From assembly GCA_017499595.2 (NCBI GenBank), contig CM039007.1:930001-994000 (forward strand): DNA of 64,000 bases, given 5' to 3'. The stretch comes from Psilocybe cubensis (taxonomy: Eukaryota). The notes below the pieces were generated by a model. The model made no database searches. It was given only the letters and a program-made list of their open reading frames with translations, and had not been told where the DNA came from. Position 1 is the stretch's first letter, and the number at the start of each line of letters is the position of its first letter. Made by a program: the position numbers and the translations under genes. This document shows, piece after piece, positions 13,643-27,055 of the stretch.

Positions 13643-15235
13643 TTAAATGTATGGAGGGCCAAGTGCTAGAATACAGATGGTAAGATCACTGAATGTGAGA
13701 GGTAAAAAATTTCACTCTACCGGTCCTAAAGATACCCAACGTAAACTCTACAACAAGGAGTAGAACACCGCCTCCTGGGGCGAGCCGAAGAACTTTGGGT
13801 ATAAATCCTTTGTACAAAGCTCCCAATCCTTCCTCGCGAGCGATTGTAGCTAAAGCAGGGTATGTCCAGTTATATTTTGGCACAACGCCGGGTATCTTTT
13901 CAGTTCCTTGAATGCGAGATTTGACGACCTAAAGGCTTAGGATAAGTATATGTCAGTGTACAATTGTATGACATTGTCCTACATCGAAACTATTTAATGT
14001 GATTAGTGGATATAAATAGGAAAACGGTTGAATGGACATACGGGGTATTGAGCACGGTTCCGGCGAAGCCACCAATTGCACCGGAGATGAAGTTGTTGAG
14101 GAGTTCAGCCTTTTGAGTCTGTAGGAACAAGTTACAGTCTAGGTCACGAGTTTGGATGGCACTAGGCCTACCTGAGGCTTAGGAAGGAGTGATTTGATTT
14201 GATAGATAGATCCGAAGTATCCTCCGTTCCAGTAGACGTGCCTTCGATTAAGCACTTAACGGGGGCTGCATGGGTTTTGATGATCTGACGTCATACCTCC
14301 AGAAAGTTGATTCCATTCCAACATATAGGCCAAGTAATCCGTTCTTCTGGACGACTTGCTTCACAACATCAATAGGTCCTTTGTAGGTGCTTTTCTTGTC
14401 CTGAAGTCTGCAGATATCATCATCAGAAAGACCTCAGTAAATCGAGAAGTCGAGATACACACTTGATTTTTACGAGTTCGAAAGGTACGACGACGAAACT
14501 TTCCTGTGAAGGTATGCTTTAGTAAAAAGTGAGTGACATAGGTTTTCTTCTTACAGTAGCTCCCGCGCTGCAACCAGTCAGGATAGATATGCTTTGGGTC
14601 ATCTTAGATTCGCCAGACAGACCCAGGAAGGTCTTTCCCCAGAAATCATTGGCAGCGCTATAATTAGGGGGTCAGATCGCCGTGACTTCATAATAGTTCA
14701 GGACTCACAATTTCACAGCACGCTTGGGTGCCTCCAACATCAAGGGAGGCACGAGTCCTAGGGGGCTTGAGGTTTCGTCGTGGCTTGAGAGGAAGAATTC
14801 TCACCTCGGTAAAGGCGACCTGCACTGTGGGGATGGATGAGCGTAGAAAGACGAAACTGTGTGGAGGAAAACGCACCCTTCTTCCCTGATGATATTCCTG
14901 AATGTCCCTACAAGACCAGCTGAGGTTTTCCCAGTATCAAGCTGCATTCGGGTTTTGACCTAGCACACAGTACACGGTTCATGCCTGGGAAGAATTCGAT
15001 GCATTTCGTTGGACATACGACATCTATCACGAACTTCAGATGCGGAAATGGGGCCAGATTCAACTTTAGAGCTCACCAAGAGGATAGAAAGTCAAAATTT
15101 CTGAAATTCCAGCAATCGCTCCTGCCGCAAAGTTGGCAGCGAAGGGTAGAGCTATAACCACGATGTTATCGCGCGACGCGCCTCTTCAGCAGATATGTCG
15201 GGGAGCTTACGTTTGGGTTTGCGTTCAGTGGTCAT
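13643..15235 (-). CDS. ODC: Mitochondrial carrier, 2-oxodicarboxylate carrier (ODC1/ODC2, SLC25A21-like)
   Basis: Spliced MTTERKPKPLPFAANFAAGAIAGISEILTFYPLDVVKTRMQL; carrier signature PX[DE]XX[KR] three times (PLDVVK, PFELVK, PFDVVK); EAPKRAVKF and PKVLRLAPGGGVLL motifs typical of ODC; many introns. Confidence 0.9.
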
Positions 15236-15457
15236 TACAGCAAGTTTTACAAGAGAAATAGACCCAAAAGCGAGCAGAAGGAGGAACAATGCAAGGGAGA
15301 GTGAAGGTGAGGAAATACACGGGCGGTGGTAAGTACTCGAACGGAACGCGGACGGAGCTATAGACGGCTTTATCGGCCAGTCACAGTACCGTGACGAATT
15401 CTAAACTGTGTGCCGCATGCGTGACGACAATGAGCTCGACGTCAACGTCGATGAGCT

Positions 15458-15966
15458 ATGGTGTACATCCACTCCTGGCAAGAGTTCCAGGATGCTGCGG
15501 AATCCCTGTACCTGAAGGCTCCTAATACTGTGAGTCTGCCTTTTGGTTGTGCTGTTCTTCCGTTAACGGGATGCCCTCCCACCCGCTGCAGACTCGCTAC
15601 TCTGTAAAGTGGAAATCGTCTGAAGGCAAACTGGTGCTGAAGATCACAGACAACACGACAGTACGTCGACATCTAACCAATAGATTGTTTCTTTGGCTGA
15701 TCCATATCGATCAGTGTATTAAGTTCAAGACCAATTCGTCCATTTTCCTCAATCGATTCGAGTCGCTCAATCTATCCATCATGCAGAAAATGCAGAATCA
15801 ACAGCGTCGCGAGGAAACGCCAGCTGCTGCTCCCACCAGCGACGTGCATCCAGCAGCCGAAAATGATCGTGCTAGCCCTGTTCCTGCTCAAATATCAAAT
15901 GCGATTCCTGTCCAGGTCCCGGCGACTGGTGGGGTAAAAAAGAAAAAGCCCAAAAAGAAGAAATAG
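15458..15966 (+). CDS. SRP21: Signal recognition particle Alu-domain subunit SRP9/SRP21
   Basis: MVYIHSWQEFQDAAESLYLKAPNT|TRYSVKWKSSEGKLVLKITDNTT|CIKFKTNSSIFLNRFE...KKKKPKKKK; introns 15530..15590 and 15661..15714. Confidence 0.92.
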
Positions 15967-17222
15967 AGCTGATACGTGGGATTTATTGCCATGATGTGTT
16001 GATAATTGGTGAAGGTTGTGCTGAGTTGGACTTTGGACATCCAATGGTGCGTCTGCTACTCTTTCTTGCCAGCATTATCGCTCACCTCACTCGTTTTACT
16101 CAGGCACCTTGCTCTAAATATACAGTATTATCTGCTTCAATGGTATTTCCTCGTTCACGTACGTGTGTACTCAAAACCAAAAACACAAAAAAGCGCATAT
16201 ATGAAGTTGGATCAACTCTGAATTTATCTTCCCCTGGGGTAGGAATACCTACCGCTCGTCAATCCGTCTCAGACTTATTTACACGCTGTCAAACGACACG
16301 CATCTTGTTCTGTCAATGGAGTCCACGGAGTTGTGCGGCAGTCTACCTTGAAAGCTACATAAAAATAATGCTGCTGGTCATGATACGCAATATAATTGAC
16401 ACTTAGCCTTCACTCGGCCTCACACTCACCAACCGACTTTTCTAGCCTTGAAAACCCTTCGGTGAGAACCCCCAAGGTCAAGTGTGTTAAAAATTATTGA
16501 TTGAATTCCTCCAAGGCTTGTACAAACTCATCCGGATACGCCGACGTGATTTAACAGTTCCAGTAAGAGGATGCTATAGTACGACCCATGGGGTATGACC
16601 AAATGCAAGTCTAGAGCTTACGTCGAAGAATTTCTACCCAAATTCGTACGACTCATGTGCATGGGAGGTATCAATAAGCAACGAAATCTTCAAAGTATTC
16701 CCTCCTTATTCCTCTTTCGCTAAATATGTAACCCAGGCCCGAACCCGCGTGAACTCATGGAACTCAAATCAAGGCATGTTTTATCGCTCATGCCATAGAA
16801 TGTTGTTTCCGCATGGAATAGATGGCGTGCAATGTTTATACGCAGTTAAGCTTGCTGTGTACGTTCTTCGTTTAGATCTTTCTGCCAAGAAACCTCCCAG
16901 AACAACCATATGTTTTTTGAACGTCGCCGGCGGAAAGCATTCAAAAAGTTCTCAATTCAAAACTTTATCGAATTTACCAAACGAAACGTCTCACATTTAC
17001 TCATCTGCTCCATACGAACTTTGGGAACCCACGGTTAAGGCTCACAATGATTTGTGCCCTGTTTGCACGTTCCGATCACTTTCTTTCTTTCTTTTTTCAC
17101 TTAACCGCTTCCCATGGAACTACCTTTAGGACACGCCGAAACTGTTGCGTTTTTCTTGGCGTTCACCGATGTTGAGGCCATAAATATCTCTACGACATTG
17201 ACACTCAGTCTGCCTCGGCATT

Positions 17223-20081
17223 TACGATGCCGACAGGTTCCTTCATGCTCAGTTGACGTATGGTCATCTCATGGATGAAAACATTATGATGGCTATGAGA
17301 GTCGAGCTGCGGATGCTTGATAGCGCCACGAGAATGAATTGAACTTTCTTTGAAAAATCCATTATTGATTATCTCAATACACCAGCGCTGATATCTTTGT
17401 TTCTCAATGTCGGATATTGATGTGAGTGCCCACAAGAACCAAACATATCATGTCTATTTTGCAGAACCTAACTCAAGCTTTCTTTATCAAAGACAGCAGG
17501 GCATTTTAAGAGATCAGGTGGAGATTCCATCGTACTACCTCAGGAACCAGGATCGACTGCCTGTAGGAATTCTTTGAGAAGTGACTTGGCAAGATAGACT
17601 ACTGTGTCAATATCCTGTCTTTTTTGCTCGGCGTACAGGCTCAGCAACTGATCTGCAGAGGCCGGCTATGATTTCAGAAGCGCTCACACTTTGGACGCCG
17701 AAAAAAATTGAAAATCCATAAAATTTATGGTGCAGAATTGTCTCGCTCAATTCCCTTCCGCTTGGTCGTTGTTCTGCTCCGAATCTATATCTCGTCCCAT
17801 GTCATGTCATTAAGCTTCATCCAGACGTCGGAAGCATACAGCATTACTCAGGATAAATGGAACCTTGATGAAACGATAGATCAGTTCAGATATCTGATAA
17901 TCACCACATATCTGTGTACTTTGAGGTCCATTCGGATCCAAACTAACCGCATAGAGAAGATCCAACATACTAACATTGCAGCTTCTAGGAGACTATAACT
18001 TTTTGAAGAGCTGGTGTAACGGGTGCTCGAGCAGTTGGATCCCGTACAGGATGGAATCCGAACGGTTCCATCCATCATTTCTACGGGCATCATCTCCAAA
18101 AGTCACGGCTTGTCAATAACCACAAATATCTGACAGTTTCTCTGGTCCCGGGACAAGGATGGAAAGCAATATTTTGCCATCCATCCTTTCCGAAATTCTC
18201 AACTCATTCAGTAGCCAAGTTACTACAATGTTGAGTGTACGAATTTTATTTCTCGGCCAATTGATCCTTAAAAGTATGAGTCAGTCATGGATACTGACGA
18301 AGCTATAGCAGCTTCAACGTGCCATTTATCTTTTAGACCGAGCACATGTTTTCGTAGGAACTGTAGAAGATCTCAAGGTGGAGCCTACAAATAACTGTTG
18401 GCAATGATTATCACTGCCCCGCATGTCTGGCTGTCATGATCTTTCAACATTGCTGTATGCAAAATATGCTAATCCCTTTACTCTTCTGATGGTACACATT
18501 GCAATGCATGCGCGTTGTTCTCTTCTCTGCTCATATGCAACTTTTCGCGTTTCACGTGGAATAAAAGACAGCGTTGTGAACGCGAATGTTCGAAGGTTCG
18601 ATCCGTTCTATTTTTAGCATCAACCGACGTCGAAAAACAAAAATAAATGCCGCTTCGCCGACTTCCCAACCTTCCGACTGCGCTCTTCCGGTAATAACAA
18701 TGCCGGGGTACTACTTGTGCAACGACGTAACGTACACTTCGACGATGGAAAAGTTGAAGATTTTTCTGTGATCGAGGCAAGCTGCGGATGCCTCGACAGG
18801 ACAACATTTTCTCGATACCCCCATTGATTATTTACGCAACGTTGTGACCTCGTTCGAAACAGGCGTTGATTTTTCCTGAGATGGAAGTGCATCAATCTCG
18901 TCCTCGATAACCGGATTGGTGAGCACTCACAAGAATATACATTTCAAGCTTATTTCTCAAAGCGCAGCTCAGGAACAGTTTTTTTGCCTTTATCCTCCTG
19001 CCTTTATGGCATAGCTGCGGACTGCATCTGATTCTGGGCATTTCGCTCCTTCTTACGTATTGTGGACGACTACACCCGGACGATCTGCCACTTGGCAAAA
19101 GCAGTGATGTGTTGAGCGTACTGAAAATTCTAACACGTCCGTCGTCTTTCTCTTCAAGGCGCAGTCGTCGGAATGGACTTCAAGCGTCCGACATAGCAAT
19201 GGCCCTAATAATAAAGGCGCCAAGTGTGTTGGCAGGGGATGACGGGTACGTTCATCGTTAATCGGCAGGAGCGTTACTGGCAATAGTGTTGGGCTCTCAT
19301 CCCCCTGCTGAAAGACAGCTTTCAAGGTAAAATTCTTGGAAAATTTGTCCCAGCCTCCCAGATGGCTCGTCAGGCACACACGCACAAGCGTCGCGCGAGC
19401 TCGGTATTTCTCTTGGAATGCGGGGTAAATTCAACGTTAAATATCGTGGATGGCTCCACTCTCCAACAACTAGGTACTTTCATTATACTGATTCGCGCGA
19501 GTTTGCAAGGCACAGATACTGTAATTAGAGTTGAGAAAATGGTGGTTTTGTTCAGATGGGGACGGAAAGCTGGTAGATATGTATTACAATTTACATTGTA
19601 ATCAAGCAGAACAACGACACTTGGTCTTGACACTCCCATGGCCATGGTCAAAACAGGAGCGCAAAGCAAGAAATTCACGCGCAGGTTCCGGTGCTTTGCA
19701 AAGTTAAACAGTCCGCTCAATTGGATTTTGGGAGGTCAAAGTACAAACAGAGTCATTGATTCCCATAATTCTGTAAATTTAGGAAATTATCATTCCCATT
19801 CGCTTTTGAGGTATTACTATTGCGGTGCGCGTATTGGGGTAAGAATAGGTTTTTTGTTGGTTAAATGGGTGTATGTGCTGCCGAACGCCGCGCAATTGCT
19901 TTGTGACGATATCCATTTGCGGCAGAAGAGATCATGCGCTTTTTCCTGTGGGTTTTTACTGACTTTTGAGGACAACTTTGACCCCGCAGTGCGGAACTTA
20001 CTGTACAGCATGGGAGATACTTGCAAGTTTGTGAGACTCTGGAGTGTGGATGCTTGTCAAGTGTTTCTGACCATATCATGA
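17223..20081 (+). pseudogene. Possible decayed coding relic(s)
   Basis: Protein-like + strand frames broken by stops (YDADRFLHAQLTYGHLMDENIMMAMRVELRMLDSATRMN*TFFEKSIIDYLNTPALISLF; ...IAASRRL*LFEELV*RVLEQLDPVQDG). No coherent gene model or family recognised. Confidence 0.3.
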
Positions 20082-20329
20082 TGTTGACTGTGTAATGTAC
20101 GTAGCGTGCAGTAATAGTAATACATAATACTTAGCAGTATCAATCTAGAGATGACATGAAGTACATGATCCTCGAGGGCCCAATGCGTTATGCATTTCAT
20201 TTTGAAAGAGTTCCGACTTGAAACGGCTGAATGATCGAAAGAGCAGAGTTTAGTATCATGGACAATTTTTGAATTTTTATGGAATAAAATTACATGAAGT
20301 ACGGGCATTAGGCGAAAGAACCCGTGAAG

Positions 20330-22129
20330 TTAATCTGAATCACTGTCCACGGGGTTACCATCCAAGTCATAAGCGGATCTACTCGACGCCCGTGATATTG
20401 GTCTAGGAATAATAGCTGGTGTAGACTGGAGCAAAGGCACACGTTCAGGCGGTGGAGCAGAATTAGAACGGGTGGTACCCACGGCATCCAAGGGATGAGA
20501 AGGTGGTGCAACACCAAATATTGGAGGCGGCATAGCGCCAGGGGGCAGGTTCGGGGGTGGAGAGGATACGGCAACGGGGAAAGGTGGAGGCGGAGGCATT
20601 AGCACCACTTCCTCTTCTGGAGGCGGCGGTATTGATGGTGGGATGTCCGCATATGAGCGTGTAGTGCGGGTGCCATTTAGATACGGACTTGACGTGAGCG
20701 ACGAAAGCAATGTCGAGTTGTTGGCGTCGGTCGCTAGTGCAACAGTGTACGTTGGAGGCTCTGAAGGAATGACGGTGTCTGGGAAGAATCTCGGTACAAA
20801 CGGAGCGGGCCCCGCCATGGGAGGTGAATCGTCGGATCCATTGGTGTGGAGTGACTCGCTATCCAGACGATCCCTGGCTGCAGCAAGGCGCCTTCTTCGA
20901 ATGATACTTATGGCCAAGCCGAGGGAGAAGATGGCAAGGATTCCAACACTTCCTCCTACAGCACCGGCGAAGGTAGCAACGTTTCGGTTCTTCTCACTTC
21001 TACAAAGGTGAAGAAGAAGTGATCAGAGTTCTGTGATAGAAAATGCCGCAAGAAGGCGCGCAAATCGCCGACAACGGTACGAATTCGATACTTACCGATC
21101 AACGGTCGGGCTTGGCGTAGTCTCAGCTAATGGTGTCGGTGACCCGGTATCAGTGGGGGTACTACTTGAGGCTTCGGTAGTGTATACGAGATAGTCAAAA
21201 ATGAATGTTGAGTTCTCGCCGACATGCACAACAAGTTGATGAGGCGAATCCTCTAGGCCCGTTTTTGAAAACACAGTAGCGTTCGCAAACGAACCAGAAG
21301 AACCGTCAGCGTCTGCGGAACCAGCATGTCGGAAGTCCCCAGCTGCCTCCCCGTCTAGCACAAACGAAAGATTCATGTTAGTGGGAGCGCCGTTGGGCAT
21401 CTGCGAGACGAATCCTCTCGGTTGAAGGGCGAAGAGAGAAATTGCAGATCCTGGAAGATCGTTAGAATGAAGCACACAGAGCAGAGAAGTACTTACCAGT
21501 GAAATTGAATGAAAGTGTAATATTCATTCCATCGTCGTCAGGATCGCTTCTGGAAATGAAACGAAGACGAGGAACTCCACGACGAGTATTCCCAGATTTT
21601 TTCTTCTCTGTTGAGGATTTCTTGGACTTGTTTGTTGAATCGTTATCGTCATCATCATCATCGTTCTCCTGATCATCATCGTCGTCATCGCCATCGTTTC
21701 CTGGGTCTCCTTTGCCGTCAGTGGGAGGGTGTGTTGATGCTGGTTGGGCGGCCAATTGGGGGTCAGAGGGTTGAGGTAATGTAGGAGATGAGTGTGCCGT
21801 TGCTGACGGTGAAAGGGAAGTACTTGATTGGACGTCATCGGCGTCGAATACATGAACAGCTTCGTGGTACGACAACATCCCTCCTGGATTCAGACATGTT
21901 GAACATGATTGTGAATTGGAAAACCAGAACTTTTGAGGCTGGTAAACTATGGAGGGATCTGTATCCTGTACCACCACGTCTGCCGCCGTTACAGAGTAGT
22001 GTGTTTGCAACCAGCAAGACAATATGATAGTGAGGCGTAAAAGGGTCGTGCGCAGGCTAACATGATGATTTCTAATCCGACTTCAGCGTCAACAACTACT
22101 GCCACAGAATTCTTCATGACTCACGACAT
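20330..22129 (-). CDS. Type I single-pass membrane protein with beta-sandwich-like ectodomain, acidic insert and Pro-rich PPxY tail
   Basis: 5-nt first exon ATGTC (22125..22129), intron 22124..22072, then a signal-like stretch and VVVQDTDPSIVYQP..W, FNFTGSAISLF, HQLVVHVGENSTFIFDYLVYT (common agaricomycete ectodomain pattern); TM VATFAGAVGGSVGILAIFSLGLAISII followed by RRRR; PPTY motif. Confidence 0.8.
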
Positions 22130-22723
22130 AACGACGAGCAACTGAATTGTCGTAAACCTCAGTCACAAACCAGTAAAGTCCAGGGGATGAATAGACAAAA
22201 GGTAGGAGGGGAGGAGGGGCGTGAGAGGGGCTCAACATTTGGACCTAGCAGTTAATCTAGTTAAAGGGAGATCGCCCGAAATGCATTTGCCCACGAGTTA
22301 GATTTATCCGGTCCAGGTATCGCAGTAGTCTCGGGAAACAGATGAGAACTAGAGCCCGGATGTTCGTGGAAGTTTGCACCTAAACGGCCATCGCAGATTG
22401 CCGGACACCACACCTTGGCCTTGGTATCCAACAGGATTCCCAGCTCTATGTTATATTCCTCCAGAGGCGGCGCAGCCAATCTGGATGACAGTAACTAGTT
22501 GGGATCAAGGAGGTTGGAACATTCAACTTGAAGGATGACTGTAAGTGCCAAGGCAAGATTTGTTTTCAGAATTACAACACAGTCCGCGTGACTTGTTTGT
22601 AACAGAATCTTATCGTCACCAGGCTATCTAATCAATGACTCTCTTGAACGCAGTGGTCAATGTCGTCCTGCGTTTGTCTCTTCGATAACAACCATCACCA
22701 CTACGCCAGGTACCGCCGAAACA

Positions 22724-24746
22724 ATGGCTCTTCGACGGTACACAAAACAGGTGGATGGTACTATCCCCGTGCAAGCACTTCTCTATAATGACGAAGAGCT
22801 GTTGGCAAGTCAAGATGGTGTTGGGATATACGATGGGTAAGTAATATGCGAATCGGTGGGTCTGTCACAGGGTCTCTTCCATACTAAAGTATTTCCACCT
22901 TTATTCATTGCATAAGTTCCCAGAAAGCACCGGATCATCAGCTTGGGACGGTACATGTAACCAGCCACCGACTGTTCTTTCTAAATGCACACAAAGCACG
23001 GGCAAAGTCGTTTGAAATGCCTCTGTCGTCCATTGTGCAGACAGAGTACTATGCAGGACTTTTCAAGTCATCAGCCAAGATCACCTGTCATCTTTCTGGA
23101 AATCCCGTTGGTTTGGGTTCAAATGAAGACGGAGCACATGCAGCCCAGTTTGACAGTTGGGAATGTGAAGTGTGCGCATATCGTAATCCACCTGGCTTCA
23201 GTCCAACTGCTGCACGCATTTGTGATCTATGTGGTGTTCCTCGCACGACGGTTCCGACTCCCATTACTTCGGTGTCGTCACATCACCATTCTACTTCTCT
23301 CCCGACGTCCGCTTTATCCTCGTCTACATCCTTACCTTCGGGGTCGCGTTCAGCTTCCTCGCATGGAACAAAGCTAGCATCCATTGCATGCCCCGCATGC
23401 ACCTTCCTCAACCACCCATCCTTACTTTCATGTGAAATATGCGACACTGATCTTCCTCGACTCAGCACGGAACTTAAGTCGGCGCCTTCTTCTCGACCTC
23501 TCACACCCGACTCAGATGATGATGACGCTACACCATCAAAGTCGATCAAGATTAGTTTTCGCAAAGGAGGAGACAAACCCCTTTACGCAGTGCTAAAGCG
23601 TGCCTTGAAAACCAAATCCTGGGAGGTGGGTCCATTTATTTATGAACCATGACAGGAAAAGGGCGTACTTATTCCATGTTCTCGCCTTATACATCAGCAG
23701 AACGGCACGGAGTCCCTGATAAACGCGAACGGTACTGATGCCGACCATCGAAATGCTACTGGAAGGTCAGGAATATGTGAGTGGTGCCTTGTTCTTTTTA
23801 TATAACAGAGCATTCCTGTGAACGTTAAACTTTTTTTGATTTCATCGTTTCGAAAAGCTGGTATTCTCAGGACGGTGGAAACTTCTGCTAAAGGACGAGA
23901 AACGCACATGAAGGATGCCTTACAGGATCTGGAAGCTTTCATGGTGAAAGCGAAAGACATGGTAAAACTGGCTGCGGAGCTCAATGAAAAACTTACAGCA
24001 ATTTCGGCCACGAACGGAAAGGACACTGGTGTGATGTCAACGTCCGGGGTAGCAGAGCCTGAGGAGGCGACGTTCATTCGGTCTTCGCTTTCTCAGCTGG
24101 GACTCAAAATGGAAAATACTCCTGTGACGCTCGATATGATGAAAGACGAGCGAAGATGGATTGACGAGCTTGCCCGCGAGCTTGCACGAGTTTTACAGGG
24201 CTCATCATCTAGTACAGACCAAGCACGCGGTATGATGAAAGACCGCGGAATCATTGCTCTCGACGAGGTATGGGGAGGCTGGAATCGTGCGAGAGGCGTA
24301 GGTGAGCGACTCGCTCATCGTATATTTATAGGCTATTCGCTAAGATATGACGGGTTCCCCTAATTCACTAAGCTCTCATCCCACCCTCGACACTCCTCCA
24401 AGTGGTGCCTCACCTTCCCGCGAATACCAACCCCACCATTTGCCACCGTACATTTTCCTCGGGACTCAATGTTCTGCACACCCCGCCGTACTCGCAAGCT
24501 GCCTTTGGGGCGAGGCTCTCGAGTTTCCTTATGATGGCCGGGCCGAAGACTACAGTGGAAATAGCCACGGCCGAAGACCTGACCGTTGCTCTGGTTTCTG
24601 AGATGATAGACGACGTGGAGAAAGATGGAGGTGTTGTACGAGATGACAGCACTGCTGCTATTACGGGCGGCGGAAGTGGGACTGGTGCAGAGGTGAGATG
24701 GTGGGGAAATGTATTCCAAGGGTATATTTGGGACGGTCAAGAATAA
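22724..24746 (+). CDS. VPS36: ESCRT-II subunit Vps36 (GLUE domain with two NZF zinc fingers, EAP30 winged-helix C-terminus)
   Basis: GLUE elements (QDGVGIYDG, GTVHVTSHRLFF, IKISFRKGG); NZF fingers WECEVCAYRN...CDLC and ACPACTFLNHPSLLSCEIC; DALQDLEAFMVKAKDMVKLA and WNRARGV motifs; several GT-AG introns. Confidence 0.95.
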
Positions 24747-25393
24747 TAGAGTTTACATGGGTATTCACACCCCGCATTTGTGTTTTGTGGAGAGCTATGA
24801 TTTTTTTGACCAGCGCAATCGATCCCAGGACCTACAAAACAAGTTCTTAGGCAGATACTGGTTTCCTCTTGGTAGTATCTGCAACCGCTTCATATTTTCC
24901 AAAGTTTTTGGTCTGGGATAGAGACGGAACATACCTCACCGAATTTATCGGGTGAATAGACATTTGAAAAGAAGCTATGGTTTCTATTGGTTGCGATCGA
25001 TTAGCTTCTCACTCACTTCTTTTTCCTATAGAGACATTTCCCCAAAGTTTGATTCTGACATGAGTGGTCGGCAATAATACTGACTTTAACGCGCATCTTC
25101 AATTGGCTGCAATGGTATGTCGGAAAACCTATCAGCGGAGACTTGTTTGTGCGGTAACGGTAATACGAAATCCACTTTGATGCGAATTCATTCCTCAATA
25201 GCCGTATGACATCGAAAACCGGTTACTGTCATATGGAGCCTGTTTAACTACCAATTAGAATTGATCAATAGATCGACAAATGGCCACTGGTGACTTGGGA
25301 TGGAGTCCACATGTCCAATCAGGCCTTCCGCGCCCCAATTCGATGGATAAATCTCGCGTTTTGTGATTGGATATTCATGGAATTTTGAGTGGA

Positions 25394-26519
25394 CTACGCG
25401 ACTGAGCCACGAGGGGATAAAAGAGACCTTGATTCACGTCTATCGAGATCGATAGGAAGTCCTGCATTCTTCCATGCTTCATATCCTCCAATGATATCGG
25501 TCGCGTTCAGCATCCCCAATTGCTGGAGAGAATAGGCTGCAAGGCTGATGACATTATGAGCCATTGCATCATGCTTCATACATTCAATCGTTAATTACCT
25601 CGAAGTATACCCTTCCTGGCAGAACACGATGATTCGAAGGTCGTATCTGTCCGCAATGGCGAGGTGGGATGCACACCTCGGATCAAATCTCCATTCCAAA
25701 ACGTTTCTCTCGATGATGAGGGAGCCGTGGATACCCCCTTCGAGCTCGCGTTGCGCCTGGGGTCGAATGTCAACCAGAAACGTGGGGGCTCCCACCTGCG
25801 TTTCTCGCAACTCATCATACGCCTGTGCAGCACTGACGCGTTGGAGCTTTGCACGTGCTAGGGAGAGGGTTTCGTCGATCCCGCGCGAGCCTGGGGGCGG
25901 GGTCAGCGGGTCCATCGGGCTTCGCGCGGCTTTGCGCACGACGTCCCACAAGGCTTCTTCATCGTAAGGAGACACGCCGAGGTCCATGACGTTAGCAATC
26001 CATCGGTCGTCCTCGTCGTTCGCGGCTACTATCCTGCCGATGAACTTGGAGCTCGCGAGGAGGACTGCGCGTTGAACGTATTCCTGAGAAGAGCCTGAGA
26101 TGATCAACGTGCTGGGAACGGACACTGCAGACTGCGCAATGGTCGCGACGACAAACAGATGGTTGCTTAGAGTTAGTTGGTGTTTTACATGGTCTGCAAC
26201 CATTCTTAGGAAGTTCTCGTCTCCGCTTTTCGACATGACCATCCTAACACCGATTCTCACGCCTGGAACGAGGAAGATTAGTATCTCGTTCATTGAATGC
26301 TGATATCTCACCATCGAAAACTTGGAATTTGGTGACTGTTTGGACGGCTATCTCTCGGGATACCTGCTCGCGGACATCAGCCAATGTACGACGTGGTAAT
26401 GGACCACTGGGAACGAGAGCAGCCTGGTCGATTACAGACGCGGGAGTTGTAGAGTCGCTTTTGTTACTGTAATGTGCCACAGAGTCTCGTGGAGAGATCT
26501 CTGGCTCAAAGCCTATCAT
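25394..26519 (-). CDS. Rhodanese-domain protein (putative sulfurtransferase) with extra N-terminal alpha/beta domain
   Basis: Introns 26311..26263 and 25598..25545 give LVDIRPQAQR..EGGIHGSLIIERNVLEWRFDP...IIVFCQEGYTSSLAA...ATDIIGGYEAWKNAGLP, a rhodanese fold with a candidate catalytic Cys. Confidence 0.9.
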
Positions 26520-27055
26520 GACTCTTTATGATGGATTCAGTTTAACACTTGTTTATAGAACAAGCTCTTTTGGAATTCAACGAAATATTGAAAGGGAGGG
26601 TTAGATATTGGAATTTTGTACCGCGCACCTAAACCGGCTGACTTGATGCGCTTACATAAAATTTGGCTGTCCGTTAATTGCCATGTGACCGGTAGTATTA
26701 CGTAAGTAAATACCTCCTCACTGTACATGGCATCACGGCATCACGGCGATAAGCGAACCCCAGACGAACTTCGTGCATGGACACGCGTCTAAGAAAAAGT
26801 ACGAAGCAAAAAGGACTACACACTCGATCCAGGATAATAGTTACAAGCAACAACGCTCAATTCTACTCACACAAATCTTGTGCTTATTTTCCTCATGCAC
26901 AGCTGACGGCCTGGGCATCGTTGAGATTTTGAGCGCCACAGAGGCAAACCATGCACGCAAACCGACGCAGACATCAGAAGCCCTTACCTAATCCCACACT
27001 GATCTCTGGTGTAGTTAAGAGTCAATAGTGTTAGACTAAGCGTAGCAACTGATTC

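Noticed and set aside
20330-24746. PPxY-bearing membrane protein next to VPS36 as a functional ESCRT cluster
   Set aside because: PPxY tails are common in fungal single-pass proteins; adjacency alone is not evidence.
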